DNA of 64,000 nucleotides from Macrostomum lignano (taxonomy: Eukaryota), in assembly GCA_002269645.1 (NCBI GenBank), contig NIVC01001659.1, forward strand, positions 186,001-250,000, in the 5' to 3' direction. Positions 45,691 to 64,000 of this stretch are shown piece by piece (within the stretch, counting starts at the first letter, position 1; the number at the start of each line of letters is the position of its first letter). Both the position numbers and the translations under genes were made by a program. Under the pieces are notes generated by a model. That model was not told where the DNA came from. It did not search any database and saw only the letters and a program-made list of their open reading frames with translations.

Positions 45691-47249
45691 TCAGCTCTCC
45701 TTCGAGCCCTTGAACAGAGCATCCCGCAGGTCGGCCCAAGCCTGCCGCAGGGTGCTCAGGGAGAACAGATCGGCAGTGCTGAAAGCGTCAAGTTCCAGCC
45801 GCTGCCGCTGCTGCTGGGGTCGCACAGGCGGCCGCCAGCTGTGAGCCAGCGAGTTGTCCTGGGCGATTGGCCGGGCCAGACTGTCCAGCCGGTAGTGGCA
45901 GCGCTGCTGCTGCAGGGTGGGCACCGTCAGATTGAGCTGGTCCACCTGCTGGTTGAGCTCGGACACTGTCGCGGCGCAGTCGGCCAGCGCTCGCTCCCAG
46001 GCGGCCGAGTCCGCCTCGCTGAACGGCCAGCGGCCGAGGCGACTGCGGGCATCGGTCAGCCGGTTGCGGATCTCGGCGGCGCCGGCGCGGACAGCCTTGT
46101 CCAGCAGCAGCCAGTCGGGCTCGTAGCCGTTGCTGGCCAGGATGGAGTTGAGCTTGTGCGTCATCGAGTCCGCGAACGGGTCCGCGTTGCCCCCAGCTGT
46201 GCGGTCCGGCAGCGGCTTGCCGAAGTACCGGCAGCTCTGCAGCTCGCCGCGGCTCAGCGAGTCCTGCGCGGGGGCGGTGGAGGAGGCGTCGGGTACCGCT
46301 TCCGCGCTTGGACTCCCGCTCCCTGCTAGCCTTCAGCGGGCTGCCTCTCCTAGCCTTCAGCGTGCTGCCTCTCCTAGCCTTCAGCGGGCTGCCTCTCCTA
46401 GCCTTCAGCGGGCTGCCTCTCCTAGCCTTCAGCGGGCTGCCTCTGCTAGCCTTCAGCGGGCTGCCTCTCCTAGCCTTCAACGGTCTGCCAGACGCTCTTA
46501 CAGGGATATTTCTCTTCCTAGAAACCAGCTGGCTTGGATTTCAAAGCACTTCGGGCCGCACCTGAATGAGATCCTCCACCAGCCTGTCAATCAGCGAGTG
46601 CGTCCGGAAATTCTTCGCCGACCGGCGCTCCGAGCTCTTCAATGACGGCGCCGCGGTGGCCACGGCAGTGCCGGAAGCGGCGGCCGCCTCCTGCTGCAGG
46701 CGGGCGATGCGGAACTCGCGGACATTCTCGACGGCCCGGTGCACCCGCCACTGCTCCCGCTGCCGCTGCCGCTCCGACGGCGTCCCGGAGCCGATGCCGT
46801 CGAACTCCAAGTACTGCCGGTGCTGCGGCGCCGTGTGTCGAATGTCGAACCGGCCCAGCGCCTCCTCCGTGGCCGCCTCAACTGAGAACTCCTCCGTCAA
46901 GCCGCCGCTGCCGCTCTGCCGGCGGTGCCGAGCGGCCAGTGCGTAGGCGTCCTGCGCCTCGATGAACTTGGCGGTGCTTCCGCCGTCGCCGGCCGCGTCC
47001 GGGTGGTGCAGCTTGGCCAGCCGGACGAAGGCGGCCTTCAGCTCGGCGTCGGTAGCATCGGCGGCCACGCCCAGGGCGGCGTAGGCGCGGGCCAGCCTGG
47101 CCGACGGGTCACCGGCAGCGGCGCCGCTGCTCGAGCACCGCCATCTGGAGGCCGAGGCCGCGGTCAGCAGAAGCGGCGTCCGGTGCACCGGCGACTGGAT
47201 GGACGATCGGCAGAGGTTCGCCAAGATGTCCGAGCGCCGGTGCGCCAGC
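45691..47249 (-). CDS. DNAJC28: DnaJ homolog C28; complement(join(45691..46263,46562..47249)); start codon is not in this exon (from an upstream GC-AG exon 48519..48551 or an SL AUG)
   Basis: J-domain with HPD (LAKLHHPD), FDIRHTAPQHRQYLEFDGIGSGTP, IDRLVEDLIQ|DSLSRGEL..GKPL..DSMTHKLNSILASNGYEPDW. GT-AG phase-0 intron 46264-46561 contains a 24-bp repeat. Confidence 0.92.
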
Positions 47250-47299
47250 TGAAAGAGATGGATTAGATTGTTAGATTAGATTAGATTTGGGAATGGTAG

Positions 47300-48180
47300 G
47301 ATGAGATCGAAGGCTAGTAGGGTGGGATCAAAAGCTAGTAGGGTGAGATCTAAAGCTTTTAGAGTGAGATTTAAAGCTTGTAGGGTGATATTTAAAGTTG
47401 GTAGGGTGAGATCTAAGGCTGGTAGGGTGAGATTTAAAGTTGGTAGGGTGAGATCTAAGACTTTTAGGTTGAGATATAAGGTTGCTAGGGTGAGATCTAA
47501 GGCTGCTAGGGTGAGATCAAAGACTGGTAGGATGAGCTCTAAGGCTGGTAGGGTGAGATCTAAGGCTGCTAGGGTGAGATCAAGGAGTGGTAGGGTGAGA
47601 TCTAAAGCTGGTAGGTTGAGATATAAAGCTGGTAGGGTGAGATCTACCGGTAAAGCTGGTAGGGTGAGATCTAAGACTTTTATGGAGAGATCTAAGGCTG
47701 GTAGGATGGTCTCTAAGGCTGATGGGGTGAGATCAAGGAGTGGTAGGGTGAGATCAAGGCTGGTAGGGTGAGATCTAAGGCTGCTAGGGTGAGATCAAGG
47801 AGTGGTAGGGTGAGATCTAAAGCTAGTAGGGTGAGATCAAGGCTGGTAGGGTGAGATCTACCGGTAAAGCTGGTAGGGTGAGATCTAAGATTTTTATGGT
47901 GAGATCTAAGGCTGGTAGGATGGTCTCTAAGGCTGATGGGGTGAGATCAAGGAGTGGTAGGGTGAGATCAAGGCTGGTAGGGTGAGATCTAAGGCTGCTA
48001 GGGTGAGATCAAGGAGTGGTAGGGTGAGATCTAAAGCTAGTAGGGTGAGATCAAGGCTGGTAGGGTGAGATCTACCGGTAAAGCTGGTAGGGTGAGATCT
48101 AAGATTTTTATGGTGAGATCTAAGGCTGGTAGGATGGTCTCTAAGGCTGATGGGGTGAGATCTAAGGCTGGTAGGGTGAG
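47300..48180. repeat. 21-bp minisatellite (ggtagggtgagatctaaggct) with higher-order blocks, upstream of the DNAJC28 acceptor
   Basis: Directly visible. Confidence 0.93.
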
Positions 48181-48782
48181 ATAAATGAAGCATTATAAGT
48201 GCATGAGAGCCTGAATAAGAAATCAGGTATCTAATTTGAAGGAACGGCAGAATCAAATGCAGTGGCTGGGCACTCGGGGCCCGGCCGATTCAAAGTCAAT
48301 CTGGTTGCAACAAAAATTAAAAGAATTTGTTCAGCCAAATACAAAGACAATTAGTAATGAAAAAAAGCGCATTTACAATCAAAGTCAAAGTTGACAGTAG
48401 ATGAATAAATCAGCGAAGGACAGCGATAAATTGAATAGTTTACCTATAGCCACAGCAAATTCCTGGACATCCGTAGTGCTGGATCATGAGTGAAAGGTCC
48501 AATGGATTTCATGCTTGCCTGACATTCTCTGCATTTAGATTTGGACCCCATGCGGTTCGGTGGAATTATTATGATTCTGACTAGAAACACGCGCTACTCG
48601 CGCATGCCTCGGGTTCGTGAGCACAGAAGTTCGGCGAGTTCAATCTGCATTTATTAAAATTGGGCCTTCTAGTTTTTAACATTTCCCAAATTTTGAAGTG
48701 CGCACTTCATGCGTGAACATGTTCAGCCGCACCGTTCTCCTGCTACTCAGCGGTCCTTGGTTCGTATCTGTCAGAATGCAGC

Positions 48783-49370
48783 TCATATGCGAGCTGGGAG
48801 CAGCAGCGGTGCCGGAGCAGGCGGCAGCTCCTCGGACAGTTTGGCCGGCCGCGCCTCCAATTCGGACAGCAGGCGGCAGAGCCGCTGGCAGTCAGCCAAG
48901 CCCCGCCGGCCGCCCGGACACTCCGACAGCTTGCTGACCGGCAGGCCGCAGCGCCGAAACTCGGCCAGCTTCTCCGCTTCATCGCCTCGCCCGCCGCTGA
49001 GCAGCGCCACCAGCCGCGCCTGGCCCGCCCGAAGCCGCAGCTGCCGGCACAGCGGCCGCACCGCCGCCCAGGCCAGGTCGGCCGGCCGCAGCAGGCAGAA
49101 GTCGGCGCCCTCCAGCCCGGCTGACAGGCTGTCCGTGGCCAGCAGGCCGTGGCCGGGTCCGGGCGCCAGGCCGGAGTCCAGCAGGCCGGCCGCCAGGTCC
49201 CGGCAGGCGGGCAGGTCGGCCGGGTCGCACAATCGCAGCCGGACAGGCCGGCCGGGGCCGAAGACGTCGCCGGCGAGCAGCGGCCAGAGGCAGCGCTGAA
49301 GCGGCTCGCTGTTAGCTGGTTGGACCGCGCAAACGGTGATGATGCCGGGTGTGCGAGGCTGGGTTGCCAT
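48783..49370 (-). CDS. Divergent malate dehydrogenase (MDH1/MDH1B)-like NAD-binding-domain-only protein, 195 aa
   Basis: ITVCAV...LWPLLAGDVFGPGRPVRLRLCD...LLDSGLAP..LLATDSLSAGLEGADFCLL parallels the MDH1/MDH1B pattern (GxVFG..I.L.LLD..L.D.A.P..V.ATD....F.D.D..IL); the GxxG motif and substrate domain are absent. Acceptor cccgcccag 15 nt upstream of the ATG. Confidence 0.6.
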   Translation of the reverse strand: MATQPRTPGIITVCAVQPANSEPLQRCLWPLLAGDVFGPGRPVRLRLCDPADLPACRDLAAGLLDSGLAPGPGHGLLATDSLSAGLEGADFCLLRPADLAWAAVRPLCRQLRLRAGQARLVALLSGGRGDEAEKLAEFRRCGLPVSKLSECPGGRRGLADCQRLCRLLSELEARPAKLSEELPPAPAPLLLPARI

Positions 49371-49744
49371 GGCTACCGGGCCAGACTGGGCGGGAATGAA
49401 GAATGCAGCGATGCGAAGGCGTGTGATTGTGAATAATCTGAGCATGCTGGTGAATCCACAAGCGTCTTATCAAATTCACTAGGCTCGCATGAACTAATCA
49501 TGACAATGCCCAATCTAAACATGTACATTGTGACGGGGAATCCAGGTGTGTACACAATAGATATAGAAATAAGCCTGAACCCAGTGCAAGGTGCCAGGTG
49601 TTACAGACAATGGCACGGCTGCAATTTCTAGCACTGTGGGGGCCGCTACTTGCACCCCGTATTTGAAGCTTAATTTGCAACTCGGCTTATATTATACGTA
49701 CACTGCATCGAGGACTTTCAATTCCCAAGTGCGTACATTTTAAT

Positions 49745-50000
49745 GAGGATCGGGGAATCCCAAATGCGTACACCGTAGCGGGGAACCGGGGAATCCCAAG
49801 TATGTACACTGCAGCGGGGAACGGAGGAATTCCAAGTGTACACTGCAGGGGGGGAATTCCACATGTGTACACCGTAGCGGGGAACGGGGGAATCCCAAGT
49901 ATGTACATTGTAGCGGGGAACGGGGGAATCCCAAGTATGTACATTGTAGCAGGGAACGGGGGAATCCTAAGTACGTACGCTGTCGCAGGGAATCCCATGT
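49745..50000. repeat. Degenerate about 42-bp repeat (gggaacgggggaatcccaagtatgtac...) upstream of the MDH-like gene
   Basis: Directly visible. Confidence 0.8.
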
Positions 50001-50993
50001 GTACTAGGACATTCTAAGAGTGTACATTGTAGTTCGCATTGCAGCGTCATCAAGTATTTAAAAAGACTTTAAAAGAAGAGGACATTTGTTTAAAATTGGC
50101 AACTTCCAAACGTAACAAGGGCTAATCGGATGTATTTCCTGCTTGGCACTGAAAAACTGAAACTTCTGATCGGATTCAGATACTCAAACGCGGATACAAA
50201 ACGAGTCAAAACTGAGTGAGGGGGCGAAAGACGCAACGAGTTGCAATCCTAGCAAAACATTGAAAATCAAAGAAGAGAAGAAGACAAAATGAACTGCTTC
50301 ATTGTGAGTCAGACAAAAAAATGAAAGGCCAAAGCTGATCGGTGAAGTAAAATCTGTCGCCACATTACGCTCGTAAAAAGGGTCGGTCGAAAATCTGTTT
50401 GCCAAAATTACTCCAACAAAAAACTGCATTTACCGTGCGTCATGCATTAAACATACTACTGTAGGTAGGCAAGTGTGCAACTGGGCTCGATATGGAGGTG
50501 TAAAAACGGGACCAACTTGATGAGAGTTCTATCTGGGAATGCTTACTGTTGAAGACAGGTGAAAACACAGGTGAGGTTTGAAACAAGAATGCAAATACAA
50601 ATACTATAGTTCCGGTCAAGGCTGGGAGCTCAAAACTGAATTTGACAAAAGCAGATGGCTGATTTAAGCAACCAATGAGAATACCATGCAGATGCCAAAA
50701 TGGCAAACAAAAGCAACAAAAACGTTTGAAATGCGCCGCCAGCAAAACGCAACACTGATAGCAAATACGGGTACACTCTGGAAAGACAAAGACAGAAATT
50801 TGTTAAAAAAACAAACAAAAAGCGACAGAGATGCAACTGAGCAAAAGCAAAAAACGGAGTGTAAAACAAAACTAAAATAACAAATTTTGCCCAAATCGGG
50901 CAATAAGCCGCATAACAGAGCCACACAGTTTCGCATTTGGAGCCGATTTCAATAAGCGGTAAGTCGAACCTTTCCAACACAACTAAATCACCG

Positions 50994-52616
50994 TCAGTCC
51001 TCATAGGGATCCGCCCGCCGCTCGGCCAGTTTCAGGCGGTGCGCCTCCAGCCGGCGGAACGCTCGGGCCTCAGCGCTGCCGTCTCCGCCGCAGTCGGCCA
51101 CCTCGGCCTCGACCTCCTCCCCGGCAACGGCCATCTGCAGGGTCGCCCACAAGCAGGTCCTGGCGGCCTGCAGCTGCTCCAATAGCTCGCCAACAGCCGC
51201 TGACACCGCCCGGCTGTCTCGCTCTTCAACAGCGCGACCGCCGCCACTGCTGGAGCCGCGGTTGTTCAGGCTCGTCACCTCCTCCTTGCGCCGTGTCTGG
51301 CACTTGCGCACCGCCTCGGACAGCCGGTCCAGAGCCGAGTGCACCCCGGCTGGCAGGGCGGCGTTTCGCAGCCTCTCAGCCCGCTGCACCAGTTGATGCA
51401 AGCGGCTGAGCTCCTGGCACACCGCCAGCAGCTCCCGGTCCTCCCGGCCGCCCATGGCCCCGTGCTGCCTGGCGAGCGGAGGCGGCGAGCTTGGCGGCGA
51501 GAATCCGGCTGCCTGGGCGCCGGAGTTCGAGCCGCACGAAGCAGCGGCAGCCGCACCAACCGAAGCTCCAGTTGGCGCCACAGCTGGGACGCCGCTGAAT
51601 CTCCGAGCCTGCCAGGCCGCGGATAGGCGAGCCTCAGCATGGCGCAGCTCCTTGCCGAGCAGGCGGCGCAGCTCCGTCAGTTCGGAAAGCCGCGCCGAGC
51701 GCTCAGAGTCTGTCTGGGTGGCGCGCCGCGTCATTGAGGCCTGGCGGGAGCCTGGGCTACCAGCCAGACCAGTTTCCATAGCAACCAGGTTACCGGTGCT
51801 CGACTGAGAAAGCGATGACGAGGGCTGGGCCAGTTGCTGAGGCTGCGGATGAAGCGGTCTGGGGGCCAGTTGAAGAAACTGCGGGTGCTGCGACAGCAGG
51901 ATGTAGTTAGACGCGGAAGGCAGGACAAGAGCTTGCGGATGCTGATGAGCGCGCGACTGCTGCTGTTGCTGCTGCTGCACCGGAACTCGAGTCACATTAC
52001 CAGCTGATTTGATGGCCGCATCGGTTCGACCTGACTGGACGGTCTCCATGTGGCAGGCCTGCAGGGCCATCCAGTTCTGTTGCTGCGGGTGCATAGCGGA
52101 AGCAGAGGTCACACAGTTCTGCAACTGCAGAGACTGCTGGCTAGGCTGGTGCGTAACGGCATGCTGCAAGCTCTGCTGCTGCTGCATGCGCACAAGCGGC
52201 CGCGGACTTCTCTGGTCAATTGCGGCCTGCAGCTGCGGCTGCTGCTGGTGGCCTTGCAGATGCATAGGCTGCTGTTGCTGCTCCAGCAGCTGCTGGGATG
52301 GCAACAGTGGTGGCGGCATCTGGTCGTCTTCTGAGTCCACCAGCTTATTGACAAGGTCGCTGATCATGCAGGCAGTGTGAAGCGACGAGGATGACATATA
52401 GCCAGAGTCAGCCGCAGTTGCTGTAGCAGTGGCACTGGAAAAGCCAGATGGGTCGCCATTGGGTTCGCACAAGGTGGCACTTGAGGTGGCTGCTGTAGAG
52501 GCACTGGTAAAGGTGGTAGACATTGGCTGCTGGTTGAAGTTGAGCAAGCAGGACTCTGTGGTCTGGCTGTCCCATAGGGCAGTCTGGCTATATAGCAGCT
52601 TGTCTGGTGCTGCCAT
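50994..52616 (-). CDS. MEIOC: MEIOC-like (meiosis-specific coiled-coil, DUF4582) protein, single exon, 540 aa
   Basis: C-terminus RAERLRNAALPAGVHSALDRLSEAVRKCQTRRKEEV...EERDSRAVSAAVGELLEQLQAARTCLWATLQM parallels MEIOC [36 protein letters not shown]...TRKTRTALWCALQM (recalled); low-complexity Q/S-rich N-terminus. Confidence 0.75.
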   Translation of the reverse strand: MAAPDKLLYSQTALWDSQTTESCLLNFNQQPMSTTFTSASTAATSSATLCEPNGDPSGFSSATATATAADSGYMSSSSLHTACMISDLVNKLVDSEDDQMPPPLLPSQQLLEQQQQPMHLQGHQQQPQLQAAIDQRSPRPLVRMQQQQSLQHAVTHQPSQQSLQLQNCVTSASAMHPQQQNWMALQACHMETVQSGRTDAAIKSAGNVTRVPVQQQQQQQSRAHQHPQALVLPSASNYILLSQHPQFLQLAPRPLHPQPQQLAQPSSSLSQSSTGNLVAMETGLAGSPGSRQASMTRRATQTDSERSARLSELTELRRLLGKELRHAEARLSAAWQARRFSGVPAVAPTGASVGAAAAASCGSNSGAQAAGFSPPSSPPPLARQHGAMGGREDRELLAVCQELSRLHQLVQRAERLRNAALPAGVHSALDRLSEAVRKCQTRRKEEVTSLNNRGSSSGGGRAVEERDSRAVSAAVGELLEQLQAARTCLWATLQMAVAGEEVEAEVADCGGDGSAEARAFRRLEAHRLKLAERRADPYED

Positions 52617-55600
52617 CAGCAGTTAATAAAAATTGACTTAAATTTAGACACAAAAACAAAATATATTAGAATTTCATATTCTAAATAGTTTTTTAAGCAT
52701 ATTATATAGATTATTTATATACTTGAAGGCAAAAAAAAATAAAAAAGAATCAATTGAAATATCCAAGCATGTATTTTTATATATCTTTTTCTAATTTTTT
52801 ATTAAAAGCCAAAATTAAGTTAATATATACAGTGCAATATATCTTTATATTATTCATTTTAATGTGCTTCAAGTTCAAATTGTGACTTTTAATAAAAAAT
52901 ATTAGTAGACTTAAATATGTCTTGATTGTATAATTAAGCATATTTTAATTTGAATTCTAAAAAGATAAAGCTTTGGTAGACAAATTTATTTTTGCTTACC
53001 TAAAAGAAATAATAAATAATAAGCTAAACCTATCTTATTAACCAAATTTTAATGTCTTTTAGAAGTTCAATTTAGATAAGTAAAACCAGACAGAAATGGC
53101 TAGCTCTATTAAAAACTACAAATAATAGCTTAAATATTTAAGCTATTAAATTAAGCATTACTTATAAATACTATAAAACATCTTTCTCGATGCATTTGCC
53201 ATTTTGGACCACTAGGTGACTAAGATTAAGATAATGAATCGATTCCCTGATTTATAATTATAGTAAAGCAAGCTAAAAAACAATAAAAACTTTTCTTTTT
53301 TGCATAGGCCTAGTGTAAAGTAAAGATACAATATTAATGGGAAAAGTTAAAGCAATAAATTTAAGTTGATACAACAGTCCAAATTTAAATGATAAATATA
53401 AAAATCTGCTGCATTCTGCAAGACCCAAATTCCATGAAGCATAGGCCTAGTATTTTTGATATACTAAATTCAAAATCAATAACTGATTCCTGAAGCAAAG
53501 GAAATGTAGCTCTTAAATACACTTGTATTATGAGTTATAAAGGAATAAAAAATGTATATCAAAAAAATATACAAACACCGAGCTCAGTGCTAGTGCTTGC
53601 CTAATAACCACAATTGCCTACCAGGCCAGGATGGGATTGATGGGGGTTAAATATGGGGGCGGATCATATGATCCCTGTCAGTGGGATTTGGAAAGGTCTT
53701 TGAAAGGTCAGAAGTAAGGAAGTTTCGATGCTTAGCTACTAGAGACCGAGTAGTTAGCACAATATTAGGCTAGTCTAGTAACCACCGCATCCGCAATGCA
53801 GTCTGAGTTTAACGAGAGTTTGAGCTCGGCGCAATGACGTACTATAATAATCTTGACACATGTCAAGACAGTGTCGAGTAATTAATTACATTGTCGTGAC
53901 TTTTTTATAATAACGTCGAGTACGTTGTAAAGTTCTTTATGTATCACTTGAATGTATGTACTTTTTATAATGTATCGTGCGTTCCTAAAATTATCTTTTA
54001 ATTATTTCAGTCAGTGTTTATTCAGTAGTGTTTCCTTTTCCGCGATACTTACTGTACGTACTTTATTACTATGTTATTGCTTTATTGTTTTACTGTATGT
54101 TAATTCCTACCGTCTTTGAAACGCGAATGCGCTGTGTTAGATGTAATTAGGGTTTCTAGGCGCCGCGTGGTAGTTGCAAGGACTTCTAGACTAGTTAAAT
54201 AATATAATCTAATTACTTTTATTGCAAATAGAATATACAAATAAATATGAAAAAAATTAAAGCGCATTGCAACCAAGCCAAGGACGCATTCATTCATCTG
54301 TCTGTCATCACAACGAATATTGTTTGAATTGTTCGACTTCAAGAAGTTTATTTTACACGAGCGTAATTTCAATTTTACACCTTAATTACGTGACAAAAAT
54401 CAAATGAATTCAGACAAACAAAATGCTTACACGCTCGAAAGAATAAAAAAAGCCATGATTTCTAAACTTCAGCAGGTAGGCTCTTTGTGCCTCGTATTTT
54501 TCATACATACATAATTAAGCTTGAACAAAGGCTCAGCATAATTCATAGGTCTAATGAGATAAAATATGCTTGTTCTCTGCTAACAAGCCAAAGCATTCGG
54601 GATAAAGTAAATAAGTAAAGCTTCTAAAGCGAATTATAGTTTACAACAATGTATATAAAATCAATGCAATGTATTTTACTGCATGTAAAGGAACTAATTG
54701 CTTATTTAAATTTGCACTTGCACAAAAATGCGTCCCGATGGCTCACGTACAACAACAATAACGGTTAATTAATGTGTAATCAATCGAATTACTGTGCTCT
54801 AAAATATCATTGTTGCAATGCTGAAATGACATACTGTGTCGTTTTCTACGTTAAAAAATCTAATCAAACAAGTTTAAGTATCTCGATCAAGTGTTTGAGT
54901 TTACAAAAAGTTTGACTTTGTTAAAAATCCTATATGGATATTGACTCAAGTCAAGTCCCTAAGTATCTTTATCCAAACAGTACGAAACTATTTTTTGATT
55001 TTCAGTGGATTCAAACAAAAAGAATTCTGCAAACGTACAAATTAATCACATTTTGAAGATTTGTTTTTAATCGAAACGCCAAGTCAAAGATTGATAGCTG
55101 TTTGAGAAAATTTTCGGGGCTATAAGCTTCGTGTAGTGTTTATTTCTTCGTTTTTTAAACAACATACATGTAATTGACAAAGTTGACTTGTGCAAAGTAC
55201 AAGGAAATAACCAAACGCATAGGTGCTATATGAAACAAGTAGTGCAGACTTTGATTAATTGATTTCAATAAAAAGATTCGCTGAAATAAAGTAGCGATTA
55301 AGTTTTATGGCTAAACAATTAAAGATAGGAGGGTCCGTCTACAAAAAAAACAAAACAAAGCGCACGGATACAGTAAGCTCGCAGCTTAAAAGATTTAGTA
55401 AAACAAACAAAACTTTACTATCTTGTAATGTAAAATCAATAAAATCTTGATACGTAATTAAATAACAATTCTAAAAGGGCTAAAAGGAAAACACAGAAGA
55501 ATCAGCTAAGCTCTCGCACATGTCCAGAAATATTACTCGTAAAAAGAAAATCTGTCAAAGTCTTTCTCTAATAACTAAAAAACTTCGAATGTGCAAATAA

Positions 55601-55850
55601 GTAGAGAAAAATTATTTTTTTAAATGTGCAACACCCTAGAAACAGTGTCTCAGTCTGAAAGTGCTAGTGATAAGGCAGAGATGTGAATAACAGTTTCACA
55701 AACGGTCAGATGTTATTGTGAGGCGCGCGGGTAAGCAAAAACGGGCAATGCGGAGGGGACCGAAGGGATGAGAACTTGTCAGTGTCAAGGAATGTGACGC
55801 TTCAGGTTTCAGATTGATGGCAGATAAGCCGCCTCCGAGGCCGCCGGAGC

Positions 55851-62115
<6,265 letters not shown>

Positions 62116-64000
62116 GATAAGAGATTGAAGATGCGAAGCTGCTGAGATGAATCTGGCTTTAACAAGAGCACGGGATCACCTGATACCTGCCAAGCAAATG
62201 CTCATGAAGTGTTGGACTGAATTTTAAGTTTGTTGTGATAAAAATTATATCATTTTAAACTTATATTACAGTGACTTAATAAAATAATTATACAAGTCCG
62301 TAACAATATCTTAGAAATGCTATTTCCAATTTGTAAAAGTCTAATTTGAAATGGAAAATATATCTTTAGAATTTTTCTGAAAGCTGACCATGACAGTACT
62401 ATCCATGGCTTAAAATCTTACAAATTAATTTATGGCAATAGAAATTGGTCAAATTGCTAAATTAATGACAAATTTGATAGGCCTTGCATGATTTTTTTAT
62501 TAGACAATATAGTGGAAATTCTAAACTATAATTCTACAACTTGATTCAAAAAAGCTATTAATAGTAGGTGAGATTGAGAAATAATGTTTTTCTAAATATT
62601 AAAGTATTTAATAATTTATTGATGAAAAGAATCCAATCTATGAATCTGATATACAAATTTTGCTTTTTAATTATCGAAACAAAAACCTATCAACTATGTT
62701 ACGGTCGAGTTTTTTTCATTAATTTATATCAAAATCAAAGCATAAATACATCAATACTATACAAAAACAAAAATACACTATACAGAATCAATGTCTTAAA
62801 TTTTGCTAAGTTCTGATTTTTTTATTAATCAACCCCTTGAAATTTCAGTAGGATTCTAGAACTTCTTTTCCATTCTCCATGATCATCAATGTCTTCAAGT
62901 TCAAAGTGTGCATCTGGAGACAGGACTATACTTCAATCTTAAACGGTGGACCTTTACTAAGTTTACTTTCTCTACAAAACTAATTGATTTGAACCATTTT
63001 ATGCCCAATTATCGATTGCAATAAAAAACTCCGATAGAAAGAGTTGAAACTTAAATACAAATATTCTTTATCACGCTTCAATCAAAATGCTACTTCGTAA
63101 ATTGAAACGAAGATAGCTGAAAAAATCTGCACGATGACTAAAAAGGCGAAAATCACATAAACTTAAAATATCGGATTAATAACATACTCAACTTTGTGGT
63201 GCAGCAACGTTTTTACTTCTTTTTTCTTCTGAATTTTATTTTATAAATCTGTGTCCAAGGATAAATGTTATACAGTGTTATTTGCCGAATTTTTTTTGTT
63301 ACGGCTATGTATTTTGATATAATTCATTTTCCAAGTCAGTTTGGTTTTTACGGATATTTTTCTGATCAATAGTCTTATTGATAGAGTCGGATAGACAACA
63401 GAGGATGAGTCTAAAACGAATGTATATTTTATTCCAAAGCTTAAAAAGCCCATAATTAGAATTATGATGGCAGACAGTGTTATGTTTTTCAACATAACTT
63501 TATGTGCAAGTCAATTAGGACACCCAAAAGTAGTAGGTACATAGCCATTGCATGCATCTTTTGAAGCCTCCGATCCAGCATGCAACGTGGACCACCAACA
63601 AAACTGGATGACAGGATCATTAATTTGCCAATAATTTGCAAATATGCCAATAATTTGCAAATATGCCAATTCTGCTGGCATCATTTACCGTCTCGTTTGA
63701 AACTGTTGTTAAATTATGCCCGCAAATTAGAGGCAGTTATTTATGTCATCTGCCGTAATGGCTGTTTGCGATGGCTGGACGTAAAGAGAAAAACAGATGC
63801 TTCGATTCATCTGGCGCTGCCTAAATTAGGAAGAAATTCTCTGAACATTGATCGGGTTTGATTTTAATCTGTCCAACATCGTTTTGAGAGACACGATTGT
63901 TCTCGCGGCTTATACTGTATGCCATGGTTTTGCCTTTGCCTGTTTTGATTGGTTTCTCTGAAATCAAAGTGTCAATCGTTTTTTGATATGCCATCTGTTT

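Overview
Eukaryotic (animal) genomic DNA. GC- and CpG-rich exons, GT-AG introns filled with minisatellites, and 3' splice acceptors sitting just ahead of start codons suggest a trans-splicing flatworm such as Macrostomum; this is an inference, not a database result. Conserved genes reconstructed exon by exon: RPL14 (+, 2 exons), VPS16 (+, 7 exons, 896 aa), SEC11 (+, 2 exons), Lunapark (+, 1 exon), DNAJC28 (-), a MEIOC-like gene (-) and PARP3 (-, 7 exons, 545 aa). Also present: a degenerate MDH1B-like Rossmann-only gene (-), a soluble MOLO-1/TPM-like gene plus two orphan genes nested in VPS16 intron 3, several other orphan genes (one with a 21-bp coding minisatellite open in two frames), non-LTR, LTR and Tc1 remnants, and more than 20 distinct tandem arrays. 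The most unusual signals are (i) sharply bounded CpG-depleted domains over the upstream/5' ends of RPL14, VPS16, MEIOC and PARP3 but not over the genes that follow them on the same strand, (ii) two co-oriented clusters that look like SL-trans-spliced operons, with exons lacking their own ATG but in frame for an SL-donated AUG, and (iii) most introns of the conserved genes carrying their own private minisatellite.
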